Assembly (NCBI GenBank): GCA_946965045.2
Contig: OX337240.1
Span: forward strand, 682,001-746,000
Length of the DNA: 64,000 nt
From: Epithemia pelagica
Lineage: Eukaryota > Protista > Bacillariophyta
Reading direction: 5' to 3'
The notes beneath the pieces are model-generated. The model made no database searches and had not been told where the DNA came from. It saw only the letters and a list, made by a program, of their open reading frames with translations. Positions 32,382 through 43,546 of the stretch are shown here, one piece after another (position 1 is the stretch's first letter; each line of letters begins with the position of its first letter). Made by a program: the position numbers and the translations under genes.

Positions 32382-33647
32382 ATGATGAATGGATACTCTG
32401 TATTTATTCTTCTTGTCGTCGGGAACTTGGCTGTTACAACTTCCTCCCCCTTTCTTGTCAATCAACGTCAACTTCCATCGATCGATGGGAGTCGCCACAA
32501 CCTCCTCCGGTTTCCACACCAGGAACTCGTTGGAACGAGCAATCATGAAGCTGTGAACCTGAGAGGAGGTGGTTCCGATGACGAAGATAGTGAGGATGAA
32601 CTCATGGGTGCCACAAAAACGGCTCTTTCGGTCGCAGTCGGATTGGCTGCTCTTTCCATTATTGCCAAACAACCCTTGATACAAGATTTCCTTACCAGCA
32701 TTGGTATGGGTTCTTCAACATCGATAAAGGAAGCGAAACCATTGGTTCTGGTTAAGAAATCCGCAAAATCGCCTACCGCAACTCCACCGCCACCACCTCC
32801 TCGGCCCATGAACAAATCTAGTTTAGCAAAGAGCAATGGAGTATCCAATTCCATTGTCGTCATGAAGACTGTCTTTTCGGTTGCCTTGACTGCACTGGGA
32901 TTGATTGGAATCCTTTATGCGGCCCAAACCGACACAGTTACCGAATTTTATGCGACCTTGGGTTTGCCCAAACAAATCTACGGCATTTCACCCGTGTTGT
33001 ATGTGACTTTTTGGTTCCTTACGTTTGCCGCATCGGCAGTGACCGATTTGGTTTCGGGAAGCATGTCGACTGCCTTTCAACAATCCCTACGACCTACGGA
33101 AATTCCATCGGCGGAATGGTATGCCTCGATTGTCAAGCCCAGCTGGAATCCACCAGGATGGGTCTTTGCCGTCATGTGGTTGATTGTCAGTAAGCCGACT
33201 CAGTTTTTGGCACTCCGGCAAATGTTCTTGACCGCCGTGAAGAGTACTACTGGGAAGACTGTAGCGTCAAGTGGTGGTCCGAACTGGCCGGTATTGGGTC
33301 TCTATTGCGTCCATTTGGCCTTGGGGAATTCGTGGAATGATGTGTTTTTTGGTTTTCAAAAAATTGGTCTTGGACTGGCAGTCATTGTTCTATTTTGGAC
33401 GACTCTCGTGGCATCTGCTCTGTTGTTCTACAAGGAAACCCCTGTATGTATCTTGTTTGCGTGTGCCTTGCTACGTGGAGACTAATGGATGCTCACATGT
33501 TTTCTCGTCGTGTCTTTCGCTTTACAACTCTAGTGGGCTGGTTATTTGATGGTTCCCACCTGCGCTTGGGTAACCCTGGCGACTGCTCTGAACCTTTCCA
33601 TCTACGAGCTCAACAAAGAGAAAGAAGGTAAGACAACTAAGAGGTGA
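32382..33647 (+). CDS. TSPO: TspO/MBR family translocator protein with signal peptide and long N-terminal extension; intron 33444-33533
   Basis: WYASIVKPSWNPPGWVFAVMW, LALGNSWNDVFFG, and after splicing WAGYLMVPTCAWVTLATALNLSIYELN. Confidence 0.88.
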
Positions 33648-34307
33648 ACTCGATAGACGTAGCGTCTAGGTGAAACGGAAACGCTAGAGGGCTAAGGGGG
33701 CGAGTAGGACTTGGAAATCAAAGCAGTTTGATAAACCATATTGGAATGGCCTATAGTGATAAAGATGTGGGAGAGGGGGTACATTTTGCATTAACAATGA
33801 GCAATAAACAATCATTCGTCCGCAAGCAAATTGAATTCATAACAAAAGTTTGCCTCTACTTATTTCTTCGCAATGTTGCGCCACTCAGTGGCCAATGTAG
33901 TCATTTCACATTTCTCGTTGATACCACTTCCATGTTTGGAAGGAAATCAGATAGAGCAGAGAACAGTCACCAAAGACACATCATGAAAAGGAAGCATCTT
34001 GGAAAATAAACTCTGCAGCATTCCGGGTGGTGTGAGGACGGTCCAGACAATAAGTCTAGAATCTCATGCGGAAAATAAATACTCGACCCATCGCGCGTTA
34101 CGGTACTATGCATACACCAATTGCTCGATGAGGAAAGTCATAATTTAGAGCGCTCTTACTTCTCGGATATCATGGTCCCCACTCGGCACAGCACATCGAA
34201 GTATAGTCGTTTGTAGATTGGGGTAGCCAGAATAGCAACCAAGACTGCAACATCCAGACATGTTTTGTTCGGTGGGTCACGAATTCCCGCATTCGAGACG
34301 CTCGACC

Positions 34308-35060
34308 ATGACGGCTTCCGACATTTCGTCCATTGTGGTGACGGTGGCACTCACTCAGTTGGTTTGTGATTTGATTGGCCATTGGAGGATATTCCAAAAG
34401 GAACGATATGGACGAGTTGTAGCAGCCTATGAGCGTGCGAAATGGAAACGTGACAAGGCCTGGAAGGATGCGAGGGAGGCCGGGGTGGAGGATCCTAGTG
34501 CCGATCCCAGCACACTGGCAACCGCAGAAGGCGAAAGCACCAACAAGAGCGGTGGAAACAAGGCTGTCAAGAAAGGAAGTGGTGGCGGTAACAAGGACAA
34601 TAAGAAAACGCGACTGACGAAAATGTATCAACGCGCCGACCAAGATTGTACGGATGCCGGTTCGTTGGTGGCAAGACAACACATGTTGCCCAACATGCTC
34701 ACATCCTTGGTATTTGTCATTTTGATGCGTATTTTGGGTACGGAATACAAGGGACATGTTGTGGGAATCTTACCCTTCACACCATGGAGCTTCGTCAGAC
34801 GTTTAACAATGCGAGGTTTGGAATTTCGATCCGATCTAGCGTTTGAACCTGTGGAACCCGAAAAGGTATCCGACATGAGTCAAGCCGTATCTTTCATTTT
34901 CATTTATATGCTAACGACACTGAGTGTCAAGTTTTATGTCAACAAATTATTCGGAACATCTCCACCACCCGGCGCCGATGGTCTGGTGAACCTTACCCAA
35001 TCGTCCTGGGCCAAACGCGTATTGAAACAAGTTGGAATGGAACCACCGAAAATGGAATAA
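34308..35060 (+). CDS. TMCO1: TMCO1/EMC3-family (DUF106) ER membrane protein
   Basis: N-terminal TM, coiled lysine-rich loop, VVGILPFTPWSFVRRLTMRGL, SFIFIYMLTTLSVKFYVNKLFG..P. Confidence 0.85.
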   Translation: MTASDISSIVVTVALTQLVCDLIGHWRIFQKERYGRVVAAYERAKWKRDKAWKDAREAGVEDPSADPSTLATAEGESTNKSGGNKAVKKGSGGGNKDNKKTRLTKMYQRADQDCTDAGSLVARQHMLPNMLTSLVFVILMRILGTEYKGHVVGILPFTPWSFVRRLTMRGLEFRSDLAFEPVEPEKVSDMSQAVSFIFIYMLTTLSVKFYVNKLFGTSPPPGADGLVNLTQSSWAKRVLKQVGMEPPKME

Positions 35061-35170
35061 GAGATCCAGTAAGAATCCAGATAAATTTTTTAGGTACCTG
35101 ATTCATTGGGAGCCTTTGTAGATTGATCGGATGGATGGATGCTCCGTGTGTGTTTCCCCACTTCACAATC

Positions 35171-35765
35171 TTAGGCAGTTTCTTGCGGTCTGACAGGTTG
35201 CGCCTCTTGCATCAACGTAATGGAGTCCCCCTTGAGCAAAATGCGCCCAACTTCTTGTCGCACGTTCTTCTTGGAATCAATCTCCACCGCATCATCCAAA
35301 ACCATGCTGCCAGTAAAGAAACAAACAATCAAAATTACACAAAAAGTGAGAATGGTATCCTCATTCCAATGCATTCATAATCTTTTGGAATAAGAGGAGA
35401 GTCTCATCAGATTTGGTGGGTCCGAGTACAATCACAAACAAACCACAGCAAGGTGCGAAACACTTACTTCATGTATTCATCAAAGCCAATAATCTGCCCC
35501 TCAATCTGCATTCGCGAATCTTCGTAGATCCATATTCGAACCCGAGTCTTTTTCTGGTTGAACGTAACAACAAATACAACAACAGAAATAAGAAACAACG
35601 AGGAGGTGAGAATCCAAACAAACAATCCATGGACCCGCCCGCACCATAGAATTGACATGTGTGCCTGCTGTGGCGCGACTTTTTGTGAAAACGAACCTGC
35701 AAATGTCCAAAAATGACATTGATGGGCAATGTCATTACCTTCTTGACGCGTTTGATTGGAGGCAT
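35171..35765 (-). CDS. SNRPE: Small nuclear ribonucleoprotein E (SmE); exons 35697-35765, 35468-35553, 35171-35306; 96 aa
   Basis: [15 protein letters not shown]|[11 protein letters not shown]...[12 protein letters not shown]|NMVLDDAVE...[12 protein letters not shown]; GT-AG introns. Confidence 0.97.
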
Positions 35766-36323
35766 GATGATAAGGTCTTTTCAAATGTAAAGCAGCAGAG
35801 ATCAACAGAGAAGCCGGTCGTTGTTGGAAGGAGAGTATGGTCGAAAGGACAACCGAAACAGGGGGTGTTGGTTCGGGTCGCGTTTACTGCATCCGCCACT
35901 CCGACGACGAACATACATATCGGGGACTACCCATCAAGTGGATCTTCCACGTATAATAGTTTCGTCATTGACTTCAAGGAATGAAACTCTGAGGCGTGAT
36001 TGGTCGGAGGGAGATGTTACGGGTTACGGGACTTTCCACGTCGGTCTGGTCACGACCATGGGAACGACAACGGATCGAAGAACAACAACTCCAACCAACA
36101 CCAGATCTGACCAAAAGTAACAAACTCGTTCTCCCCATCAAGCCCACACTTGCAAAGCCACGAGAGCGAGCCACTTCTCTCCCCCAGAACAAGAGTTCTC
36201 CAATACGCTCTAGAGCTCTGGGCTGTGTCGTTGTTGTGTTGCGAAGATTCAGAAAGGGCCGTTGGGTAAACCCTGTGAGATAAAGGCCAGCCACAACCAG
36301 GAACCTCAAAAGCACTGTCAACC

Positions 36324-38429
36324 ATGCCGCCTTGTCCAACATGCGGCGTCGATGTCGAAACGGCATTTCAGCAGGTCGATACGGCCCGTCGGAAATTGCA
36401 ATTGTTGCAAGAAAAGATTCAAGTGGACCAGGACATGATGAAACAAGAAAAACGAGCCTTTAAACGACGCATGGCGGCGGCCAAGGCAGCGACGCGACGG
36501 ATGCAAGAAGAGGCGGAACAAAAGCTCCAAGAAGTGGAGGCCAAGGAAGAATCGCGGGCCAAAAATCGACGCGATCAAGATTGGCGACAATTGCAAGAAT
36601 TGAGAGAACAATTGAAACAAATGCAAGTGGAACATGAACAAGAACTGCAAAAACTTCAACAACAAGTCGCCTCGTCGGAACAAACGACCGCGCAACAACA
36701 AGAGTTGGAGGAACATGCCGCAGCAGCGGCCGCGGCGAAAGGAGAAGCCGAGGAGGCCAAACGATTGATGGAAGAAGAACGCAACAAGCAAAAGGTCTTG
36801 GTACAGGAGTACGAAGATCAAATAAAGGAATTGGAAGAACGGTTAGATGAAGCCACTCGCAAGACACATCAATTGAAAGATGAAGACGATTCGTTACGTT
36901 TGAAAATGCGACAAGAACTCGACGAACATCAACAGGCGTTGCGACAGGAACAGAGAAGGACACAAGACTTGGAAAAGTCTAAAACGGACATGCAACAAAA
37001 ACTGGAAGATACTCAGAAAGAAGTAGATCAAGCAAAACAGCGATTAAAAGACGAGGAAGCAACATGGAACCGCACCAATGCCGATCAAAAGAAGCGTATC
37101 GTTCAGTTGGAAGGAGATTTAGAAGAAACCTTGGTAGCCTTGGAAGCATGCGATGTACAAATCAAAGAATTGATTCGCGATCGCGAGGAAAGATTAAAAG
37201 AGCAAAACCAGCAGTTTCAACAACAAGTTGTGGAAGAAAAGCGTCAAGAGTCCGCCGACATTGCCATTCTAGAACGACAAGTACGAACGGCTGAAACCTT
37301 GCAACAACGAGAACGTGAGGAAAAGGAACTTGTCATGGAACGACTGGAGATGGAGAAACAGAACATTTTGACCCTGAAACGCGAATTGGAGGATGTCGGT
37401 AATCAATTACAATCAATGACTGCCCAAGCCGATGGACTCCGTAAACAAATACGAGAGCAAGGGGAACAACACCAACATGATTTGGATCAGGAAAAACAGG
37501 CCATGCATGACTTGCATGAAACGTGTGCATCTTTGGAAAGTAGCGTACAAAATCTTCAGCAAGATCTTCGCCGACAAGAACAAAAATTTGACCAGCAACA
37601 GGCTGCGCAGGCCAAAGAAGCACAAACCGTTGTGGAAAGACACCAACAAGAACTTGACGATATGGCAAAACAACATGAGAAAGAGCTGTTAAACGTGACA
37701 AAACAACGCGAACAAGAACTACAAAGGCAACAAGATAAGTATGCTCAGTATCAAGATGAACAAGAGCAAAAGAATCAAGCGTTGCAGCAGGAATTAGAGG
37801 ATCATAAAGCCAAATCGGAATCGATACCAATACCCACACCTTTGCCATCAAAACCATCGACATCAAACCCCAATACTCCATCCCCATCCTTGGCACCAAA
37901 CCCCGAAACTCACATGCTAGTGCTCGAGAAGGAATGGCAAGGGACAGAAGAGTTGGTTGGCGTCTATACTGGCTGGTTTCTCAAGTCAAGCAACTGTCCT
38001 GATGGGGATGGAACATTGCGATACGATGACGGTGCGGTGTATGATGGGGCCTGGCGGAACGGCTTGCGAGATGGCGGACAAGGTGTGTATGCCACTGTCG
38101 AAGGTGATGTATATCGAGGCGAGTGGGAACACGATAAGCAACACGGACAAGGTACCTACGTGTGGAGTGATGGTCGCTTGTATCGGGGAACCTACGAGTC
38201 GGGCTACCGTCATGGTGAGGGGATCATGTGTTGGCCTTATGGAGCTCATTATCAAGGAACCTTTGTCAAGGATAAACGCAATGGTCATGGACTGTATACC
38301 TATGCCGATGGCCGTTCGTATTCCGGTACCTATCAGGATGATCGACCACATGGATTCGGTACCCTCAAAGCAGCCAATGGATCCGTCTTGTATTCTGGAC
38401 AATGGGAATTTGGTGAACAAATGTCGTAA
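36324..38429 (+). CDS. Long coiled-coil protein with C-terminal MORN repeats
   Basis: Q/E-rich heptads for ~490 aa, then YDGAWRNGLRDG, YRGEWEHDKQHGQGTYVWSDG, YQGTFVKDKRNGHGLYTYADG; N-terminal CxxC. Confidence 0.9.
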   Translation: MPPCPTCGVDVETAFQQVDTARRKLQLLQEKIQVDQDMMKQEKRAFKRRMAAAKAATRRMQEEAEQKLQEVEAKEESRAKNRRDQDWRQLQELREQLKQMQVEHEQELQKLQQQVASSEQTTAQQQELEEHAAAAAAAKGEAEEAKRLMEEERNKQKVLVQEYEDQIKELEERLDEATRKTHQLKDEDDSLRLKMRQELDEHQQALRQEQRRTQDLEKSKTDMQQKLEDTQKEVDQAKQRLKDEEATWNRTNADQKKRIVQLEGDLEETLVALEACDVQIKELIRDREERLKEQNQQFQQQVVEEKRQESADIAILERQVRTAETLQQREREEKELVMERLEMEKQNILTLKRELEDVGNQLQSMTAQADGLRKQIREQGEQHQHDLDQEKQAMHDLHETCASLESSVQNLQQDLRRQEQKFDQQQAAQAKEAQTVVERHQQELDDMAKQHEKELLNVTKQREQELQRQQDKYAQYQDEQEQKNQALQQELEDHKAKSESIPIPTPLPSKPSTSNPNTPSPSLAPNPETHMLVLEKEWQGTEELVGVYTGWFLKSSNCPDGDGTLRYDDGAVYDGAWRNGLRDGGQGVYATVEGDVYRGEWEHDKQHGQGTYVWSDGRLYRGTYESGYRHGEGIMCWPYGAHYQGTFVKDKRNGHGLYTYADGRSYSGTYQDDRPHGFGTLKAANGSVLYSGQWEFGEQMS

Positions 38430-38752
38430 CCAGAACAACGACATCAAACTGTGTGTATTGCAGACAGAGCCGAAGAAATGAATGCACCATAATCTGTAGG
38501 GCATTCCAAATTTTGTTCATTGTTTCTCTTTATTGAATCTCTTTGCATCATTTTGTCGTTCGTCCTTCTCGGTATATGAGACACTTTAGTTCCTTAGGGA
38601 AGGATCGTTATCCGCTTTCTAAATCGCCCGCAAGAGCCTTGTATGATAAGGCCAGAATCACTCACTGCATTGGTACAAGAGAATGCTCCATCCCAAAGAA
38701 CCAAACCAATTCTCGCATCGCATCGGTCCAACAAATGTGTGGTGTCCCTTTT

Positions 38753-40318
38753 TCATCCTGTCTTGTGCCGTCGTTTTTTGGGAGGAGGTGCAGGTTGGTA
38801 CCATCCTTGTGCGGCCAACCAATGTCGAGTCATGAGCGTGAATTGGGTCCACCACGAACGAGTGCCAGCGGACGGATCCGAATGATAAAGTGGCAAGGAC
38901 GCCGACGACCCGTCACCATTGATGAGGTGATTACTGCCACCATTGAGTGAGGGATCCGTTTTTGGTTTGGTCTTTTTCTTTTTGGCTTTGCTCCCAAATC
39001 GTGACGATCGTTTGTCCGACGAAGTGCTTGTGGATGACCCTTGTGGGCCTCCTCCTCCCACGGTCATGGGCAAATCGAGGTTTTGATAGCGGTGTCGGAA
39101 TCGGTAGAATTTGGATTGAATCCAATGGGGATACAAGACCCAAAAGGATGCCACGGCACATAAAAAGTAGGCCAGAGCGGCATGATAGGCTGTGGTAGCC
39201 GACGGCAATCGTTCACCGTCGGCGGGTAATTTGTACAAGGTGACGGGTTTGCCATGCGAAATGCGTTGTTCGACATCGTCATCGGTACCGGAATAAATGA
39301 CATGACGAGGCAAGGCGCCCTTGATGAGGAGGGGTTGTGTATCCAACAAAATGCCGACAAAGACCAAAAAGGTGACAGCCACCAAGGAAAAGCCCAAACA
39401 AATGTGAGCACAACAATGTTTCGAAATTCGAATGGGTGGTGCATCTTTTCGTCGACCCAGTGCACCCATTTCTCCCCGTAAGTAGGCTTGATAACGATTA
39501 TCGGGAACATGCACCGCATTTCGATACACGACATGAAAGTCTTGGAGAGAGGTGGGAGCGATATGAGTCATGCTATGTGCAAGGCTGCTGGAGGTCGTTG
39601 TTGTGTGGACGGATCGTAGACCCGATGATGTGCAGGATGGACGATGATGGAGTCCCATACTGGGTTGTACGGGTGGTGGATAATAAAAGGTGGATCCTGC
39701 TGCAGTAGTGGCCTTGGTGGCCCGAGAGTATGAGGACGAAGAAGATTCCACCACCAATCCTTCGGATCGAGGAGGTTGTTGCGTCAGATGCGTTGTGGAT
39801 GGTGCCGCTGTAGTACCATATTGTCCCTGATACGACGAGGATTCCTGAGAAGGTAGTACCGTCCGTCCTCCCATTTCTTTGGATAAATCTTGGGATGACA
39901 GTGACCGTCGTTTCAAACCAATACTGGGAGATGCGACACCGACAAAGGAACCTTCTTCTCCTTCTTCCGCGTCTTGTTCTTCTTGTGCCCTTGCCACAGA
40001 AGCCTTATAATGTTGAGGTCCCTGCGACTCCAAATCCCAGCTTGATGACGAAGAAGAAGGGTCACCAAGGTGAGAGGATGGAGCGACTGAATTATGATTG
40101 GTTGTTGTTGTCACGGTTGAAGATTTTGACTGCTGCCGCCGTCGTCGCGTGCTCGACGGTTGGGACGACGATGAGGAGGTGGAGGGTCGATGCAGAGGAT
40201 TGTTTTCATGACCAGAGGACGAGGACGAAGCCACGGGTGCGGTCAAGGGAAGGAGTGGATCGGCACGAGACCGTGACGAGGGTGCTGTCATTCCAGCTCC
40301 TCCTCGTTGCCGTCGCAT
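38753..40318 (-). CDS. Two-TM membrane protein with long disordered N-terminus; TM region weakly resembles the RNase kappa/V-ATPase f family
   Basis: 521 aa ATG ORF; CCAHICLGFSLVAVTFLVFVGILL and AYHAALAYFLCAVASFWVLY. Confidence 0.7.
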   Translation of the reverse strand: MRRQRGGAGMTAPSSRSRADPLLPLTAPVASSSSSGHENNPLHRPSTSSSSSQPSSTRRRRQQSKSSTVTTTTNHNSVAPSSHLGDPSSSSSSWDLESQGPQHYKASVARAQEEQDAEEGEEGSFVGVASPSIGLKRRSLSSQDLSKEMGGRTVLPSQESSSYQGQYGTTAAPSTTHLTQQPPRSEGLVVESSSSSYSRATKATTAAGSTFYYPPPVQPSMGLHHRPSCTSSGLRSVHTTTTSSSLAHSMTHIAPTSLQDFHVVYRNAVHVPDNRYQAYLRGEMGALGRRKDAPPIRISKHCCAHICLGFSLVAVTFLVFVGILLDTQPLLIKGALPRHVIYSGTDDDVEQRISHGKPVTLYKLPADGERLPSATTAYHAALAYFLCAVASFWVLYPHWIQSKFYRFRHRYQNLDLPMTVGGGGPQGSSTSTSSDKRSSRFGSKAKKKKTKPKTDPSLNGGSNHLINGDGSSASLPLYHSDPSAGTRSWWTQFTLMTRHWLAAQGWYQPAPPPKKRRHKTG

Positions 40319-41173
40319 CCTTTCCTATTCGTTTTTCTTCCTGGTCCTGCTTTTACACAGAGTGTCGAACCACCAACAAGTTGTTGCTTGCTCCACACCG
40401 TTGCAAGGTCGGAAGTCCTTGGCCCCGTAACCGCAGTGGATTTAGAGTCACGCCGTTTTCCACACCGGGGAGGAATCGTCCGTCCGTGGAATCAAGTTCT
40501 AGTCTTCTCTCCTTGCACTCAGCGTCCAACTGTCTTTGCTGTACGTTGAAAAGCCACGTATCCGTTGTTCGACAACGAAAACAACACGTCTTTCTCTTTG
40601 TCTTGACAAGAACAACAAATCCTGTAAGGCACCAACACAAACAAGAATGATGAGGGGAAAAACCAAATAATGATGCGCACAGGGACCAAAACGTCGTCGT
40701 GGTCCCATGGTGTGACGGGGGTGTCCAGAGGGGGGGAGCAGATTCGGGGGCATTGAAGTCGCTTATAAGTCATCATTAGTCGCTTCTACAAAGACGGCAT
40801 TGTCGATTGTCGACCCAGTTTTACTTCCGAATTCCGAATCCAAACACGTTCAATGCTTTTAGTGTGTATTCAAGCTGTGGCAGCTTGGGCCGATCGACTC
40901 TTCTCGTCTACTCCTACATCTACCTCTATTGATAGAATTGTCGAATCTGTGTGTGGACTGGGAAATACGCGTACCAGAACATGGGATAATATGTTTTGTG
41001 TGTTGTTTCTGGTTCTGGGCAGTTGAAGAGTATCGTCGGACAGGCACCCACTAACCACCCTGCGCGGTGCATCACCAGCTTTTCTCTCGGATTGAGTGGT
41101 CTTATCCAGTTGCGTGGGTCCAAACAAGCTATATCCTGAAAGTACCAGATTCTTCTCGCACCTGAATAGTGAT

Positions 41174-42865
41174 CTAGTCTACAGTCTTTGGCCTATGAAG
41201 GCTCTTGGGTGCGGAACGTGGCCTCTTCTTCGATCGTTGTGTCCGTGTTGGAACCCTTCGGTAGTCTTCAAGGTCAGTCACTACCAGTCGTTCCGGCTTT
41301 GCAATCTCTCCCGTCCAGACATAAAGCCAGTTGCGAAGGACTTCAGCATCGAGGTGTTCAAAGCCAAATTTACGGTACAGTTTCTGTAGTACCTTGCGAC
41401 TATTGGTCGCAAAAGATGTACTGCGACACTCGATATCAGTTGGTGTTCGTCCGAGTTGAAGCCCAAGAAACTTAATCGTGGGGTCCCTTAGTTCGGAGAG
41501 GAACATGGGCTTTGGCACGAGAACGCCCCATACATCTTGCAACAAGGCATAGGCCTGGCTTTCTCGGATGAAGCTTTCAAGTCCAATTGCGGTGGACGTA
41601 TCGGACTGCTTCAATGCATATTGCTGGCCTTTCCATCGGACACGAAACACGGCTCCATTTCTTCCATATCCGATTGGGTCCATTATATCAAGGTCAACAA
41701 CAGAAACAAACGGCAACCAGGAAGCAAGACGTAGTGCATGGCTGCTCTCCACTTCCGAAGGGACGTAGTTTGAGTCACTGGTATTTCCATCTTGACTGTC
41801 CCCATTGAGAGTCTCGTCTTTGTGATTCTCGTTGTCATGATTCTCATCAATTTCATTCACTGCCCTAGTCGGAGTTGAGGCGAGACCCCAATTCTCGGGG
41901 CACGTGAATGGTCCATCTGCCGCTTTGGTCGCGAGATCCGCAAAATAGGCCCACGCCCGCAAATAGTCTTTCTCGCCCAACAGATACGACTTGCTGACAC
42001 AAACACGAGGCGTTGTATCGGTAGGACTTGTATTACACACCCCTACAAAGTAGGTTCGCGTAGCACTGGTCAGCACTCCGAATCGAATGTTGTTGTTCTT
42101 CATTTGCCGAAAAAGCTGTGCCAAAGGGCGACATACGTGACACCATGTCTTATTACGTCTGTGATATGTCGTCATCGTATTGTATCCGTCGTTGTATGCA
42201 GCAGCAATTGCGGCGGCACCCACGGCAAGGAGAAGATTCTGCGTAGATTTGCCTTCGACAGGTGCAATCAAATGGTGCTGAACTACACCGGTAGCGTCTG
42301 CATCACCAATGTAGGAAAGGGCCCGATCCATGTCACCGATGGCATCCGTACTGGTGCGATGATCCAAGTGAACATTCAAGTCTTGCAAATAACTAATCAC
42401 ACGTACAAGATACTGCATTTCGTCGTCTTCAGTTATCATAGGCACAGTCTCATTCACAAGAAGTGAATACAACGGTGGATGCCTTGGAAAGGACAAACCT
42501 TGATCCACTGGAAAGGCCTCGACGCGCCTTCCGAAATCATCCCACACGCTCAGCTGCGGAAAATAATAGCGGTTTCTTTGTCCACTCGCCGCGGTTCTCT
42601 GAGACGCAGATTCAGTTCCCATAGTAGGAGGAGGCACTCGATGATTCAAAACTTCGGCAATATTTGTGAACATTGGTAACAGTGGGGTCATAGCTGCAAA
42701 CGTCCTCTGTAGATTTCCACGGATATTATTCCAGTTTCTTCGCTCATTTATTTCGTCCTCCGTCAGAGTCAGACAACTGGTCTCAATTGTCCTCGATCGG
42801 TCCGCATTCAAGACCTTTCCGTCATTGGTGGCAGTGATAAATGCCATTTCTGAGTACGCAGCCAT
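41174..42865 (-). CDS. Crinkler-type REase-fold plus atypical protein kinase fusion; intronless
   Basis: GDMD...APVEGKS...LAQLFRQM...RFGVLTSATRTYFV (REase). IGYGRNGAVF...YALK...RESQAY...VPKP...HLDAEVLRN...VTDLE (kinase-like). Confidence 0.7.
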   Translation of the reverse strand: MAAYSEMAFITATNDGKVLNADRSRTIETSCLTLTEDEINERRNWNNIRGNLQRTFAAMTPLLPMFTNIAEVLNHRVPPPTMGTESASQRTAASGQRNRYYFPQLSVWDDFGRRVEAFPVDQGLSFPRHPPLYSLLVNETVPMITEDDEMQYLVRVISYLQDLNVHLDHRTSTDAIGDMDRALSYIGDADATGVVQHHLIAPVEGKSTQNLLLAVGAAAIAAAYNDGYNTMTTYHRRNKTWCHVCRPLAQLFRQMKNNNIRFGVLTSATRTYFVGVCNTSPTDTTPRVCVSKSYLLGEKDYLRAWAYFADLATKAADGPFTCPENWGLASTPTRAVNEIDENHDNENHKDETLNGDSQDGNTSDSNYVPSEVESSHALRLASWLPFVSVVDLDIMDPIGYGRNGAVFRVRWKGQQYALKQSDTSTAIGLESFIRESQAYALLQDVWGVLVPKPMFLSELRDPTIKFLGLQLGRTPTDIECRSTSFATNSRKVLQKLYRKFGFEHLDAEVLRNWLYVWTGEIAKPERLVVTDLEDYRRVPTRTQRSKKRPRSAPKSLHRPKTVD

Positions 42866-43546
42866 GGTGGTAGCAGCATTCTTCTATTAACATGCTATTA
42901 TAGTCAAGTGTTCTGCCCTTCGCCATTGTTTGTGTCGTCGTTGCGGCTGCTGTTTTTTTTGCAGTCATGTCTTATTATCTAGTAGTTACGTGTGTGGCTA
43001 AACTAAGAAATCGGTGGTGGGGTGAGGGGCCGGGGAATAGAGACAGTGGGGGTTGTATTGGTGGGGTAAGTAGCGGGTAGCCGGGCAGACGGTGAAAACG
43101 GAAGATCTTTGGATTTGCGACGGGAGGAGAGGTGCAGATCAACGTTGGAAATAGAGTCGAGAACGTGTTGTGCAGAGCGCGAGGTTACCCCCAAGCAGGG
43201 GCGACCCTATCAGTCACACCTTGCGTTGCATTGCAACTTTTTCAATAAAGTTGCACGACACATGTGCGACCGTCTCATTTATGCTTGGGAGTATTGTATA
43301 ACCCCGCTCCATGATTCCGAGAGTACAATAATGGCGCCAGGGCAGTCGGTCGACCGTACCCTAGCGGGTAGGCGCGGCAGCTGGAAGAATAGACGGTAAT
43401 CCCTTTTGCATACGCATGGTAGGTACTCTTGGCACGCGACACACGACCCAGTTGTACTTCCGAATCAAAACCGGCATTCCAGAGCTTTCGAGACCATTAT
43501 AACATAGATAATAGATACCCACGCCTAAACAAGGACAGCCACTACC

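Noticed and set aside
43232-43255. 9 bp AT-rich hairpin tgcaacttt-ttcaat-aaagttgca
   Set aside because: Within chance expectation for 64 kb, with no supporting context.
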